DNA of 40,914 nucleotides. Origin: Clostridia bacterium (lineage in GTDB: Bacteria; Bacillota; Sulfobacillia; SLMV01). The position numbers were made by a program, and so were the translations under genes. The stretch spans positions 1-40,914 of the forward strand of contig PWGR01000020.1 in NCBI GenBank assembly GCA_003554565.1, given 5' to 3'. Positions 30,320 through 38,343 of the stretch are shown here, piece after piece. Every line of letters begins with the position of its first letter. Position 1 is the stretch's first letter. Under the pieces are notes generated by a model, which was not told where the DNA came from, did not search any database, and saw nothing but the letters and a program-made list of their open reading frames with translations.

Positions 30320-32364
30320 TTCACGCTCCTTTCAACGGAACGCATCTCGTTGAACAGTCCCGCCGCATCCAGAATCAGAGCCACCCGGCCGTCGGGCAGG
30401 ATGGTCGCAGCGGAAATGCCGGGTATATCGTCGACCGGTCGGCCCAGTGGTTTGATCACGCAGTCCTCCTCACCGAGGAGCGCATCCACCTTCATGCCCA
30501 GTGAACCCTTATCCGCCTGGAGCACAACCAAATATTCCTCACCATCCCTGCGGCGGCGCTCCTCGATGTCAGGAAAGAAATCGTGCAGATGAAAGACAGG
30601 GATGAAGCTTTCGCGGTAATGCAGAACCGGCTTGCCTCCCGCCCGTTGAATAGCCGCCTCGTGCAGACTGAGCGTCTCACGTACAGATGACAGCGGCACA
30701 ACGTACACCTGACCACCGATTCTGACCAGCAATGACTTGACGGTCGTCACCGTCAGCGGCAGCGAGATGCGAAACTCGGCGCCCCTGCCCGCCCAGCTCT
30801 GCACGGATATGTTCCCGTTTACCGATTCGATATTTCGGCGGGCTACATCCAGACCGACACCACGCCCGGAAATCTCGGTCACTTTCTCGGAGGTGGAAAA
30901 TCCGGGGGAAAATATCACGTCGAGCAGATCTTCGTCGGAAATCGTCTCGTCCACCTGTGAGAGGAGCCCCCTGTCGCGTGCGTTATCCCGCAGCGCATCC
31001 ACATCAATTCCGGCCCCGTCATCCGACACCTGAACCACAATGCTGCTTTCGTTGCGGTGGGCGGAAAGCCTGATTTCTGCCTCGGGATCTTTACCGGCGG
31101 AAGCACGGGCTTCCGGAGATTCAATTCCGTGATCGACGGCATTTCGCAGTATGTGGGTGAGAGGATCACCTATGACCTCCATCAGACTGCGGTCAATTTC
31201 GGTCTCTCCGCCATCCACTGTGAAACGGAATGCCTTTCCGGACGACTTCCGCAGGTTCCGCATCATGCGGGGGAAACGCCGGAACAGATCATCCAGGGGG
31301 AGAAGGCGCATCTCCATGATATCCTCCTGCAGGTCCATGGTGGCCCTCCCCATTTCCTCCACGGTCTCCTGCATCTGTTCCAAAAGACCCTCCGAATCCG
31401 CGTCGCGCGCCTCACGAACCAGGCTGCTGAGACGGTTCCGGTTGATCACCATCTCTCCACTGAGATTCATTAACCGATCCAAGACGGACACATCAACACG
31501 AATCTGCTGCAAAGATCCGTTGCCCCGGAACCGGGCCTCGACACCGTCATCCTCTTCTGCCTGTTTTTGCACTGCAATCGGCCGATCATCCCGCACAGTG
31601 ACCTGCACGTCGGAAATACCGGTGATCTGCCGTATCGCCTGCTGCACGTGTTGGGGTTCAGCATCACTGACCAGCAGGCACTGTACTTTTCTGACATCGC
31701 CCACACGGCCGGCCTCGAGGTCATCCCTCCGCGGCCTGGAGGCAGCAGTACGAGCATTTTCTTCACACGCCATGATGCACTGCAGGGCCCGGACCGCGGG
31801 CAAATCGGCATCCTCGGAAAGATCCACATCCACGGTGATCAGGCGCTCCTCCTCAGCCCAATCCGCAGACGACGACAGTTCCTTCAGGAGATTGTCGAAT
31901 TCTGCCGGACCGACCTCATCGCCGGCGGCAGACTGCGACGCCTCATCCCCGGGCTCAAGTCTGGCTCGGATTCGCTGCAGCAGGTCACCAGGGGGGTCAG
32001 TCATAGGACGCTCACAGGCAAAATCATCTATCATATCCCGCAGCTGATCAACTGCGGTCAGCATCAGATCGGCTACCTCTTCCCCCACAGCAACCTCACC
32101 CGCACGGACCTTTTCCATCATGTCCTCGGCCACGTGGGCCATGCATTCGATATTGCTGAGTCCCACCGTGGCTGCATTCCCCTTGATTGTGTGCATGGCC
32201 CGAAATAAGGTGGCGAGTTTCTCTGTATCGTCCGACCGACGCCCGAACTGCCCGCCGGCGGCCTCCATCTCGAGCAGGATTTCCTCCGCCTCATCGATTT
32301 GATCGCAAGCCTCGCTGACGAATGTCGTCCGCTCTTCTCTGGTCAGATCAATATCGCCGGTCAT
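30316..32364 (-). CDS. cheA: Chemotaxis histidine kinase CheA
   Basis: Hpt motif FRAMHTIKGNAATVG, HATPase (HILRNAVDHGIE, DDGAGID, GRGVGLD), and a C-terminal CheW-like domain. Confidence 0.96.
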   Translation of the reverse strand: MTGDIDLTREERTTFVSEACDQIDEAEEILLEMEAAGGQFGRRSDDTEKLATLFRAMHTIKGNAATVGLSNIECMAHVAEDMMEKVRAGEVAVGEEVADLMLTAVDQLRDMIDDFACERPMTDPPGDLLQRIRARLEPGDEASQSAAGDEVGPAEFDNLLKELSSSADWAEEERLITVDVDLSEDADLPAVRALQCIMACEENARTAASRPRRDDLEAGRVGDVRKVQCLLVSDAEPQHVQQAIRQITGISDVQVTVRDDRPIAVQKQAEEDDGVEARFRGNGSLQQIRVDVSVLDRLMNLSGEMVINRNRLSSLVREARDADSEGLLEQMQETVEEMGRATMDLQEDIMEMRLLPLDDLFRRFPRMMRNLRKSSGKAFRFTVDGGETEIDRSLMEVIGDPLTHILRNAVDHGIESPEARASAGKDPEAEIRLSAHRNESSIVVQVSDDGAGIDVDALRDNARDRGLLSQVDETISDEDLLDVIFSPGFSTSEKVTEISGRGVGLDVARRNIESVNGNISVQSWAGRGAEFRISLPLTVTTVKSLLVRIGGQVYVVPLSSVRETLSLHEAAIQRAGGKPVLHYRESFIPVFHLHDFFPDIEERRRRDGEEYLVVLQADKGSLGMKVDALLGEEDCVIKPLGRPVDDIPGISAATILPDGRVALILDAAGLFNEMRSVERSVK

Positions 32365-32801
32365 GCGATCACCTCACGGCTATCTCCAACCAATTTACTC
32401 ACATCCACGACGAGAACTGGTTCCTCATCGAGAGACGCCACATCAGCAATCCGCGCATCATCCCGAACCACATCATCAACCTCTTCACTTTCCAACTCGG
32501 CGCGCGTTACCGTGAGCACCTCATCGATGGAGAGCGCCACCTCAAACTGGTCTACGTCACCCTCAATCTCAAGAACGAGGGCCAGAAAGTGCTCGCCCTC
32601 GTTCCGGCTTGCAAACTCGATGACGGGGATCACATCTCCGCGCAGATTCAGTACACCGACCACACCTTCGGGGGCACCGGGGACGTAGGTCAGCCACTGC
32701 AGTTTGATGATGCTTCGCACGCATGATGCAGATATGGCATACTTCTGGTCATCTATTACCAGTATTACATGTGCATCGTTTAGTTGATCAGTAGATGAAA
32801 T
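32361..32801 (-). CDS. cheW: Chemotaxis coupling protein CheW, probable non-canonical ATT start
   Basis: The ORF track starts at GTG 32720, but the in-frame upstream peptide STDQLNDAHVILVIDDQKYAISASC is clearly CheW N-terminus. An in-frame TGA lies at 32810-32808. The only candidate with an RBS is ATT 32801 (GAGAGGTGA plus a 6-nt gap). Confidence 0.75.
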   Translation of the reverse strand: MSSTDQLNDAHVILVIDDQKYAISASCVRSIIKLQWLTYVPGAPEGVVGVLNLRGDVIPVIEFASRNEGEHFLALVLEIEGDVDQFEVALSIDEVLTVTRAELESEEVDDVVRDDARIADVASLDEEPVLVVDVSKLVGDSREVIA

Positions 32802-32827
32802 GGTCCTTCACCTCTCCCCCGTATAAT

Positions 32828-32863
32828 GTGCTCCCGTATTACCTATCGACAATCCGGGAGCAC
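32828..32863 (-). terminator. 9-bp GC-rich hairpin between GNAT and the che operon
   Basis: GTGCTCCCG (32828-32836) pairs with CGGGAGCAC (32855-32863) around an 18-nt loop. The U-tract is weak on the - strand (ATTATAC) and ATTTT follows on the + strand. Confidence 0.35.
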
Positions 32864-32869
32864 ATTTTC
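32843..32869 (-). promoter_or_regulatory. Possible sigma-D/FliA (sigma-28)-like promoter for the che operon
   Basis: Minus strand reads GAAA, 15 nt, then GTCGATAG, against the consensus TAAA-N15-GCCGATAA. It lies about 40 nt upstream of the cheW RBS. Confidence 0.25.
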
Positions 32870-32903
32870 AGCCCACCTCCAGGGGGAGATCCCTACAGCA
32901 GCA

Positions 32904-33371
32904 TCACACCCAATACTCCATGAGGTACTTCGAAGGAGCATCCCTGCGCAGCGTGCCCTCCTGCACCGCAGTCTTGGTGAAACCGGCCTTCTCATAGCAG
33001 CGAACAGCAACATCATTGTCGGTAAACACACGCAGATACACCGCGTCGAGGCCAACATGAGGCAGCACGTGCTTTAGCTCCTCAAGCGCTTCGGGGCCAT
33101 AGCCCCTTCCACGGTCTGCCGGATCCCCTATACACATGAGCAGCTCAGCTGCCCGCCGCCCGTGTTTCATATCACGGAGTTCTATGTATCCTATGGGCTC
33201 ATCATCCCGTCTCCGTATCATCATGAAAACCTGCCCACCGTCATCCGGAGGCACCGGGTCGTCGCACCTCCCACTTCCCATGGCATTGGCAACTTCAGGC
33301 CTCCTCACCCAGGTCCGAATTCTCTCCCGGTCTCTCTGCGTGGCCGTGCGCAGAGCAATGCGCTCGCTCAT
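32904..33371 (-). CDS. GNAT family N-acetyltransferase
   Basis: IGYIELRDM...IGDPADRGRGYGPEALEEL...VFTDNDVAVRCYEKAGF (Q/RxxGxG/A acetyl-CoA motif). ATG at 33371 follows AGGAGG with a 6-nt gap. The 298-aa ORF extension is rejected. Confidence 0.85.
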   Translation of the reverse strand: MSERIALRTATQRDRERIRTWVRRPEVANAMGSGRCDDPVPPDDGGQVFMMIRRRDDEPIGYIELRDMKHGRRAAELLMCIGDPADRGRGYGPEALEELKHVLPHVGLDAVYLRVFTDNDVAVRCYEKAGFTKTAVQEGTLRRDAPSKYLMEYWV

Positions 33372-33726
33372 GCTCATCCTCCTTTCACAACAATCTCCGT
33401 CCTTCGCACCTGAGTCGCCCAATCCTTTTGAAAAATCCCTCCAAACGATCAAAAGGACGGAATGAGCCACGGGGCTGGCTGGGTTTGCAAATGGAGTCAG
33501 AAAACGGGGCAAAGACGGAAGGATGAGTCCGGCGCTTTTCGGAGAGAGACTGATACCCCTTCCACTTGCGCATCCGCAGCACAAAAGATGATCAACACGT
33601 AAACAGCTGCAGGTGTCAATGCAGTGGATGCCGATCCACGGAAAACGCACACATGCCTGGCAGACAACGACGCGACGACTGCTTTCTGGTGAACCCAGAT
33701 ACGAAAACGCATATACTGTATACTGC

Positions 33727-34503
33727 TCAGGAGATCCTGCCTTCTTCTGCCAAACGCACAAACACGTCAGCAATCTTGGGATCAAACTGACTGCCCGCAC
33801 ACAACTTCAGCTCAAATAATGCCTCTTGCTGACAAATAGATTCACTGTACGGACGCTCACTGGTCATCGCATCGTAGGCATCCACGACGGCGACAATGCG
33901 GGAAAGAAGCGGAATCGCCTCGCCTTTCAATCCCTGCGGATACCCACTACCATCCCAGCACTCATGGTGGTAGAGGATGTCCAGCGCAACGTTCGAAAAC
34001 TCATCGGTGGCAGAGGCAATGCGATAGCCCACCTCCGGATGGCGCTTCATAATCGCCCATTCCTCGTCTGTGAGTTCTGATGACTTGGTAAGTATGTCCT
34101 CGGCTACGCCTATCTTACCTATATCGTGCAGGGATACCAAAAGAGAAAGTCGATTAATCTCAGAGGGATTCAAGCCAATCTCCTCACCCACGCTGAATAC
34201 CATGCGGCGCAGGCGCAGGGCGTGCTCTTCCGTCTCGTGGCTCTTGGCGCCAAGAGAGTTGAGCAAGGTCCTCAGCACCGCGCTCCTTGCACTCGTGCTG
34301 ACCGAAAGCTTATTGTGATACATCCAGTCCTCCGAATGGCGCAGAACATCAAAAATATCCTGATCGATTCCGTCCTTCACGGCAGTGCCAAGCGCTAGTG
34401 ATACGGGCACTTCCGGGCTGTCCCCGGTCTGTGAGCACTCACTTTGGATCCGTTCACAGATGGCCTCGGCAAGCGGGCGGAGGGTCCGCGGCAGGAGCAC
34501 CAC
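33727..34503 (-). CDS. HD-GYP domain protein carrying only the C-terminal half of a GGDEF domain (truncated gene remnant)
   Basis: HDIGKIGV...HHECWDGSGYPQGL is HD-GYP. The N-terminal FVVLLPRTLRPLAEAICERIQ...VSLALGTAV...EDWMYHNK matches the post-signature half of GGDEF. Confidence 0.8.
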   Translation of the reverse strand: MVLLPRTLRPLAEAICERIQSECSQTGDSPEVPVSLALGTAVKDGIDQDIFDVLRHSEDWMYHNKLSVSTSARSAVLRTLLNSLGAKSHETEEHALRLRRMVFSVGEEIGLNPSEINRLSLLVSLHDIGKIGVAEDILTKSSELTDEEWAIMKRHPEVGYRIASATDEFSNVALDILYHHECWDGSGYPQGLKGEAIPLLSRIVAVVDAYDAMTSERPYSESICQQEALFELKLCAGSQFDPKIADVFVRLAEEGRIS

Positions 34504-35034
34504 AAACTAATAACGCCCTGGCGCGGTGGTTGTGTAGTGGCAACCCTTCACCCGCGGCCCGGTAATGGCAGCCATATCCCTTGACAGCGGAGAGCGCCCA
34601 CCCATCCTGCACGCAGCATCTCACGCCGCTGAGCGCGGCGTCCTGTCCATGAGATCCCGGATCAGAAACCAGGTTGGTGTGAGCAGATAGCGTAGGGCCA
34701 GGACTGGGTACGTCAGCGCGGTGGTTGACCACATGGACATAGGGTTGACCTGCCAGGTGCGGACGTGCCAGGGAAACAGGAGCTGCCCAGCATACCAGGC
34801 GTGCGGGTTCAGTATGGAGTAGATGCCGTCAATGACATCCGCGATCACCGTACCTATGATGGCCGCCAGGCGGAGGCCCAGTCCGCGTGGATCTCCCCGC
34901 ATCTCTGCGAACTGGTGCGTAGGATGAAGATTATCCCCCTTATCTGAAAGCCCAGAAAGGGTGTGGCCAGGCGGAGCTGCTGGGCATCGAACCAGTTTAC
35001 GGGAAATCTGGTTCGGAAATGTCCATGATAGCAT
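34504..35034 (-). pseudogene. Degenerate 5' portion of the GGDEF/HD-GYP gene
   Basis: Same reading frame as 33727..34503, interrupted by TAG (34509-34507) and TGA (34623-34621). A shifted frame holds DPGSHGQDAALSGVRCCV, reminiscent of the GGDEF ND..GH..GD..L segment. Confidence 0.4.
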
Positions 35035-35332
35035 GAAAAGCCATTACCAGAGTAAAGGCGGTACCCACATTGCTGATCTTGCTGTCGGAGGTATTGAGCA
35101 TGGAGCCGATGCGAACACTACTAGTGCTTCAACATATCACTCATTGATGATACATCACTTCCCATTCTGGGCGCACCTGTATCCTCATCTTATCCGATGT
35201 CGCCCGCGGGGGCAAAAGCAGTTCGAGTCGCACCGTAGACATCAATATAATGCCGCATTTCACCGCGTGTAGGATGTCTGAAGAGGGAGACGGACTACGA
35301 GTGGCCAAGATAAACAGAGGGAGGTGCCCGGC

Positions 35333-35905
35333 ATGTCCAAACGAACTTGTGGGGCCACAGCATTGTTGTTTCCCCTGCCTACGGTCATCGTGGGAACCGA
35401 GGTGCGGGGACAGGTCAACTACCTGACGGTCGGTTACTGTGGGATGATAGGCGGTCCCCCGTCGACCATAGCGGTGAGCATCGGCTGCCAGAGTGCAACC
35501 TATGAATGGATTGAATCCTGTGCGGGCTTCAGCGTCAATATTCCCTCCAGCGAACAGGTGGTGCAGACGGACTATGTAGGAATCGTTTCTGCGCGGGAAA
35601 CAGACAAATCAGGAGTTTTCACTACCTTCTACGGAGAGATGGAGGGTGTGCCCCTGATTGAGGAGTGTCCCGTCAGTATGGAATGCAGAATGGTGCAGGT
35701 CATCCGGCTCGGCGATATGCTGGCCTGTCTTGGCGAAATCGTGCAGACTCACGTGGACGAAGAGTGCTTTGTCGGAGGGGACATTGCCATATCCCGGGTG
35801 GATCCGGTCATACTGAGTCCCACGGAAGCAGAGTACCTCCGCGTGGGTGAGGTGATAGGTCCCGCTTATGAGATGGGAGAGAGCCTGCGCAGATCATATG
35901 AGTGA
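35333..35905 (+). CDS. Flavin reductase-like (FMN-binding split-barrel) protein
   Basis: LLFPLPTVIVGTEVRGQVNYLTVGYCG...GFSVNIPS...ECPVSMECR. ATG at 35333 follows GGGAGGTG with a 6-nt gap. Confidence 0.8.
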   Translation: MSKRTCGATALLFPLPTVIVGTEVRGQVNYLTVGYCGMIGGPPSTIAVSIGCQSATYEWIESCAGFSVNIPSSEQVVQTDYVGIVSARETDKSGVFTTFYGEMEGVPLIEECPVSMECRMVQVIRLGDMLACLGEIVQTHVDEECFVGGDIAISRVDPVILSPTEAEYLRVGEVIGPAYEMGESLRRSYE

Positions 35906-35992
35906 CCCACCAATGCCAGCAGTGTGCAGGTAATGAGGATGGAGCAGAGTCGCTGGAGTGTGCCAGGTATATTGCGGTCAGCCAGGGAATGG

Positions 35993-36040
35993 GCGGCGGC
36001 GGAGATGCGCAACCGGGTGCACTGCCGCCGACCTTTTGAC
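35993..36040 (+). terminator. Weak candidate terminator after the flavin reductase
   Basis: CGGCGGC (35994-36000) pairs with GCCGCCG (36024-36030), followed by ACCTTTTGA. The 23-nt loop is large. Confidence 0.3.
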
Positions 36041-36053
36041 CTTCAACACCAGC

Positions 36054-36605
36054 TCACTTGACCAGATCCTCGGACTCCGGCGGCATCCAGTGGGGGTCTT
36101 TGCCCTCCCACTTCACGTTGCATCCGAGGGGATTTGTGAGGGGCGTGGTTATATCCCGTCCACTCAGAAACTCCTCGAGCGCTGCCTGCAGATCATTGGC
36201 AGTGCTCTTCTCTGGTTCACCGGGATTGTTCAGGGCCCGCCCCGTGTATACCAGGCGCCGATTCTCTCGAAGAGGAAAAAGTTAGGAGTGCGCAGGGCAC
36301 CGTATGCGCGCGCGACGTCCTGGCTCTCGTCGTGCAGATACACCCAGGGAAACTGGTGCTCTTGCATGCGCTCAACCGTGTTGTCGAAAGAGTCTTCCGC
36401 GTAGGTGTTGGCACTGTTAGAGTTGATTGCCACGAATGTTACATCCTCAGAGGCGAATTTCTCTGCCGTTGACAGGGGTATACTTATCGGAGTTAACCAC
36501 GAAGGGGCAGTGGTTGCAGGTGAAGAATATCACCAGTGCCCTCGCATCGGAGAAGTCATCCAGAGAATAAGTCTCCCAATCGGTGGCCGGCAGAGAGAAG
36601 TCGCC
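36054..36605 (-). pseudogene. Thioredoxin-fold (redoxin/AhpC-TSA-like, CxxC) gene, 5'-truncated with two frameshifts
   Basis: It reads in three frames: [35 protein letters not shown], then [30 protein letters not shown]...[11 protein letters not shown], then [17 protein letters not shown]...GCNVKWEGKDP, ending at the stop at 36054-36056. Confidence 0.75.
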
Positions 36606-36976
36606 GAGCCAATGTTCTGCCCGCTTTCGGTTTCGCGCGAACTTCTTGTATTTCCTGCGCGCCCAGTGGACAATGGTCGGTTTATGTGCCGCAGCACGGG
36701 GTATAACGCCGACTTATAAAAGCTGCTGTAGTAGCTAATCCAGCCCCTGATTATGGGTTGAACATTTGACCGTCGCATATTGCCCCACTCGCTCGCTGCC
36801 CCCTGTACCCTGACGGAGTGAACAAAATGCGCCTTCAGTAAGATAACAAATGGGTCAAAAGGTCAAAAACCTGTGGAGGGCTTCATCTTGACACGGCCCT
36901 TCCATACCAGTGGTTCAACGTGGCCACTGTCCACAGGGGACTTTCACCCCTCAGCATTCGCCCATGCCGGGCACAC
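36606..36976 (-). mobile_element. Remnant of a class C-like group II intron (5' domain I stump plus the maturase C-terminal fragment)
   Basis: The minus strand begins GTGTGCCCGGCATGGGCGAATGCTGAGGGGTGAAAGTCCCC (GUGYG 5' end) 2 nt after the clpX terminator. The peptides [27 protein letters not shown] and [25 protein letters not shown] are group II intron RT/maturase tail motifs. Confidence 0.7.
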
Positions 36977-36978
36977 GC

Positions 36979-37009
36979 AAAACCCGGGACGATTGCAAGC
37001 GCCCCGGGG
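36979..37009 (-). terminator. Intrinsic terminator of clpX
   Basis: Minus strand reads CCCGGG (37008-37003), a 14-nt loop, CCCGGG (36988-36983), then TTTT (36982-36979). Confidence 0.6.
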
Positions 37010-37039
37010 ATTAAACTCCCCGATACGTTCTTACTGCAG

Positions 37040-38299
37040 CTAAGCGGTTTCTTCCTCATCCCGGTCCTCACCAACCGTGATGATCAGGGGCTCCTCTCCC
37101 CTGTCCACCGTCTCGGACGTGATGATGATCTTCTCCACATCATCTCGGGACGGTACATCGTACATTATGTCCAGCATCATGTCTTCAATGATCGACCTGA
37201 GTCCCCGGGCACCGGTATTTCTCTTCATCGCCTCGGTGGACATCGCCATAAGCGCGTCTTCCTTAAATTCGAGTTCGATTTTGTCCATCTCGAAGAACTT
37301 GCGGTACTGACGCACCAGTGCGTTCCTGGGCCTGACGAGGATCTCAACCAGCTCTTCCTCCCGCAGCTGATCGACCGCTGCCACCACAGGCAGTCGACCG
37401 ACAAACTCCGGAATCAGGCCATACTTCATGAGATCATCGGGAAGAACCTGTGCGAGAACTTCGCCTATGCCGGCATCCTCATTCGACTTGATTTCCGCGC
37501 CGAAGCCCATGAGGTTCTTGCCGACCCGCTGCTGGATGACCTTGTCGAGACCGCCAAATGCCCCGCCACAGATGAATAGAATGTCTTTTGTGTCGATCTG
37601 CAAAAACTCCTGGTGCGGGTGCTTGCGACCTCCCTGCGGTGGAACACTCGCCACCGTTCCCTCCAAAATCTTTAACAGCGCCTGCTGAACCCCCTCGCCG
37701 GAGACATCGCGGGTGATCGAAGGATTGTCGGATTTCCGAGCAACCTTATCGATTTCATCGATGTAAACGATGCCCTTCTCGGCACGCTCGATATCATAGT
37801 CGGCGGCTTGAATGAGCTTGAGGAGGATATTCTCCACGTCTTCGCCGACATAACCTGCCTCGGTGAGAGACGTGGCGTCAGTTATGGCGAAGGGGACATT
37901 TAGCATCCTTGCCAGCGTCTGTGCCAGCAGGGTCTTGCCGCAACCCGTCGGGCCCACAAGAAGAATGTTGCTCTTCTCCAATTCGACGTCATCGGCTCTT
38001 CCGCCCATGCCCACTCGTTTGTAGTGATTGTAAACGGCCACGGACAGAACCTTCTTCGCCCGCTCCTGCCCAATCACGTACTGATCCAGAAACTCACGGA
38101 TCTCCTGGGGAGGCGGTATCTCACCGATGTCAAGATCGACGTCATCCCGGAGCTCCTCCTCGATGATGTCATTGCACAGGGCAATACACTCATCGCAGAT
38201 GTAAACACCGGGGCCCGCGACCAGTCTTCTCACCTGATCCTGGTATTTTCCGCAAAATGAGCATTTGAGCTGTCCCTTTTCGTCGCTAAATTTGAACAT
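37040..38299 (-). CDS. clpX: ATP-dependent Clp protease ATP-binding subunit ClpX
   Basis: Zinc finger CSFCGK...CDECI, Walker [18 protein letters not shown], and the IGF-type loop MGFGA. Confidence 0.97.
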   Translation of the reverse strand: MFKFSDEKGQLKCSFCGKYQDQVRRLVAGPGVYICDECIALCNDIIEEELRDDVDLDIGEIPPPQEIREFLDQYVIGQERAKKVLSVAVYNHYKRVGMGGRADDVELEKSNILLVGPTGCGKTLLAQTLARMLNVPFAITDATSLTEAGYVGEDVENILLKLIQAADYDIERAEKGIVYIDEIDKVARKSDNPSITRDVSGEGVQQALLKILEGTVASVPPQGGRKHPHQEFLQIDTKDILFICGGAFGGLDKVIQQRVGKNLMGFGAEIKSNEDAGIGEVLAQVLPDDLMKYGLIPEFVGRLPVVAAVDQLREEELVEILVRPRNALVRQYRKFFEMDKIELEFKEDALMAMSTEAMKRNTGARGLRSIIEDMMLDIMYDVPSRDDVEKIIITSETVDRGEEPLIITVGEDRDEEETA

Positions 38300-38343
38300 C
38301 CTCCCTCTCCTTTCTATTCCGCCGCATGCCGGAATAGAGAGCG

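Noticed and set aside
32904-33800. 298-aa ORF suggesting a long N-terminal domain on the GNAT protein
   Set aside because: The first 142 residues are Cys/Arg/Leu-rich with no recognisable fold, and they overlap the HD-GYP 3' end. A strong AGGAGG RBS precedes the internal ATG at 33371, which gives a normal 155-aa GNAT.
34507-34623. Programmed recoding (Sec at TGA, Pyl at TAG) as an explanation for the two in-frame stops in the GGDEF/HD-GYP locus
   Set aside because: TGA and TAG both terminate housekeeping genes in this window. No SECIS-like hairpin or pyl/sel genes were seen. The peptide between the stops does not align to a GGDEF domain in that frame, so decay is the simpler explanation.
34621-35034. 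137-aa ORF as an independent gene
   Set aside because: It has a Trp/Pro/Arg-rich composition with no motifs and no RBS, and it shares a frame with the downstream remnant. It is treated as part of the pseudogene region.
36853-36868. Perfect tandem GGTCAAAA GGTCAAAA, resembling CtsR operator heptads (RGTCAAA-NAN-RGTCAAA)
   Set aside because: The heptad spacing is 1 nt, not 3. It lies downstream of clpX inside the intron remnant rather than in a clp promoter. No such box is visible upstream of clpP or clpX.
36883-37074. 63-aa ORF overlapping the clpX stop, the terminator and the intron 5' end
   Set aside because: It spans a terminator hairpin and structured intron RNA, and it has no coding signature.
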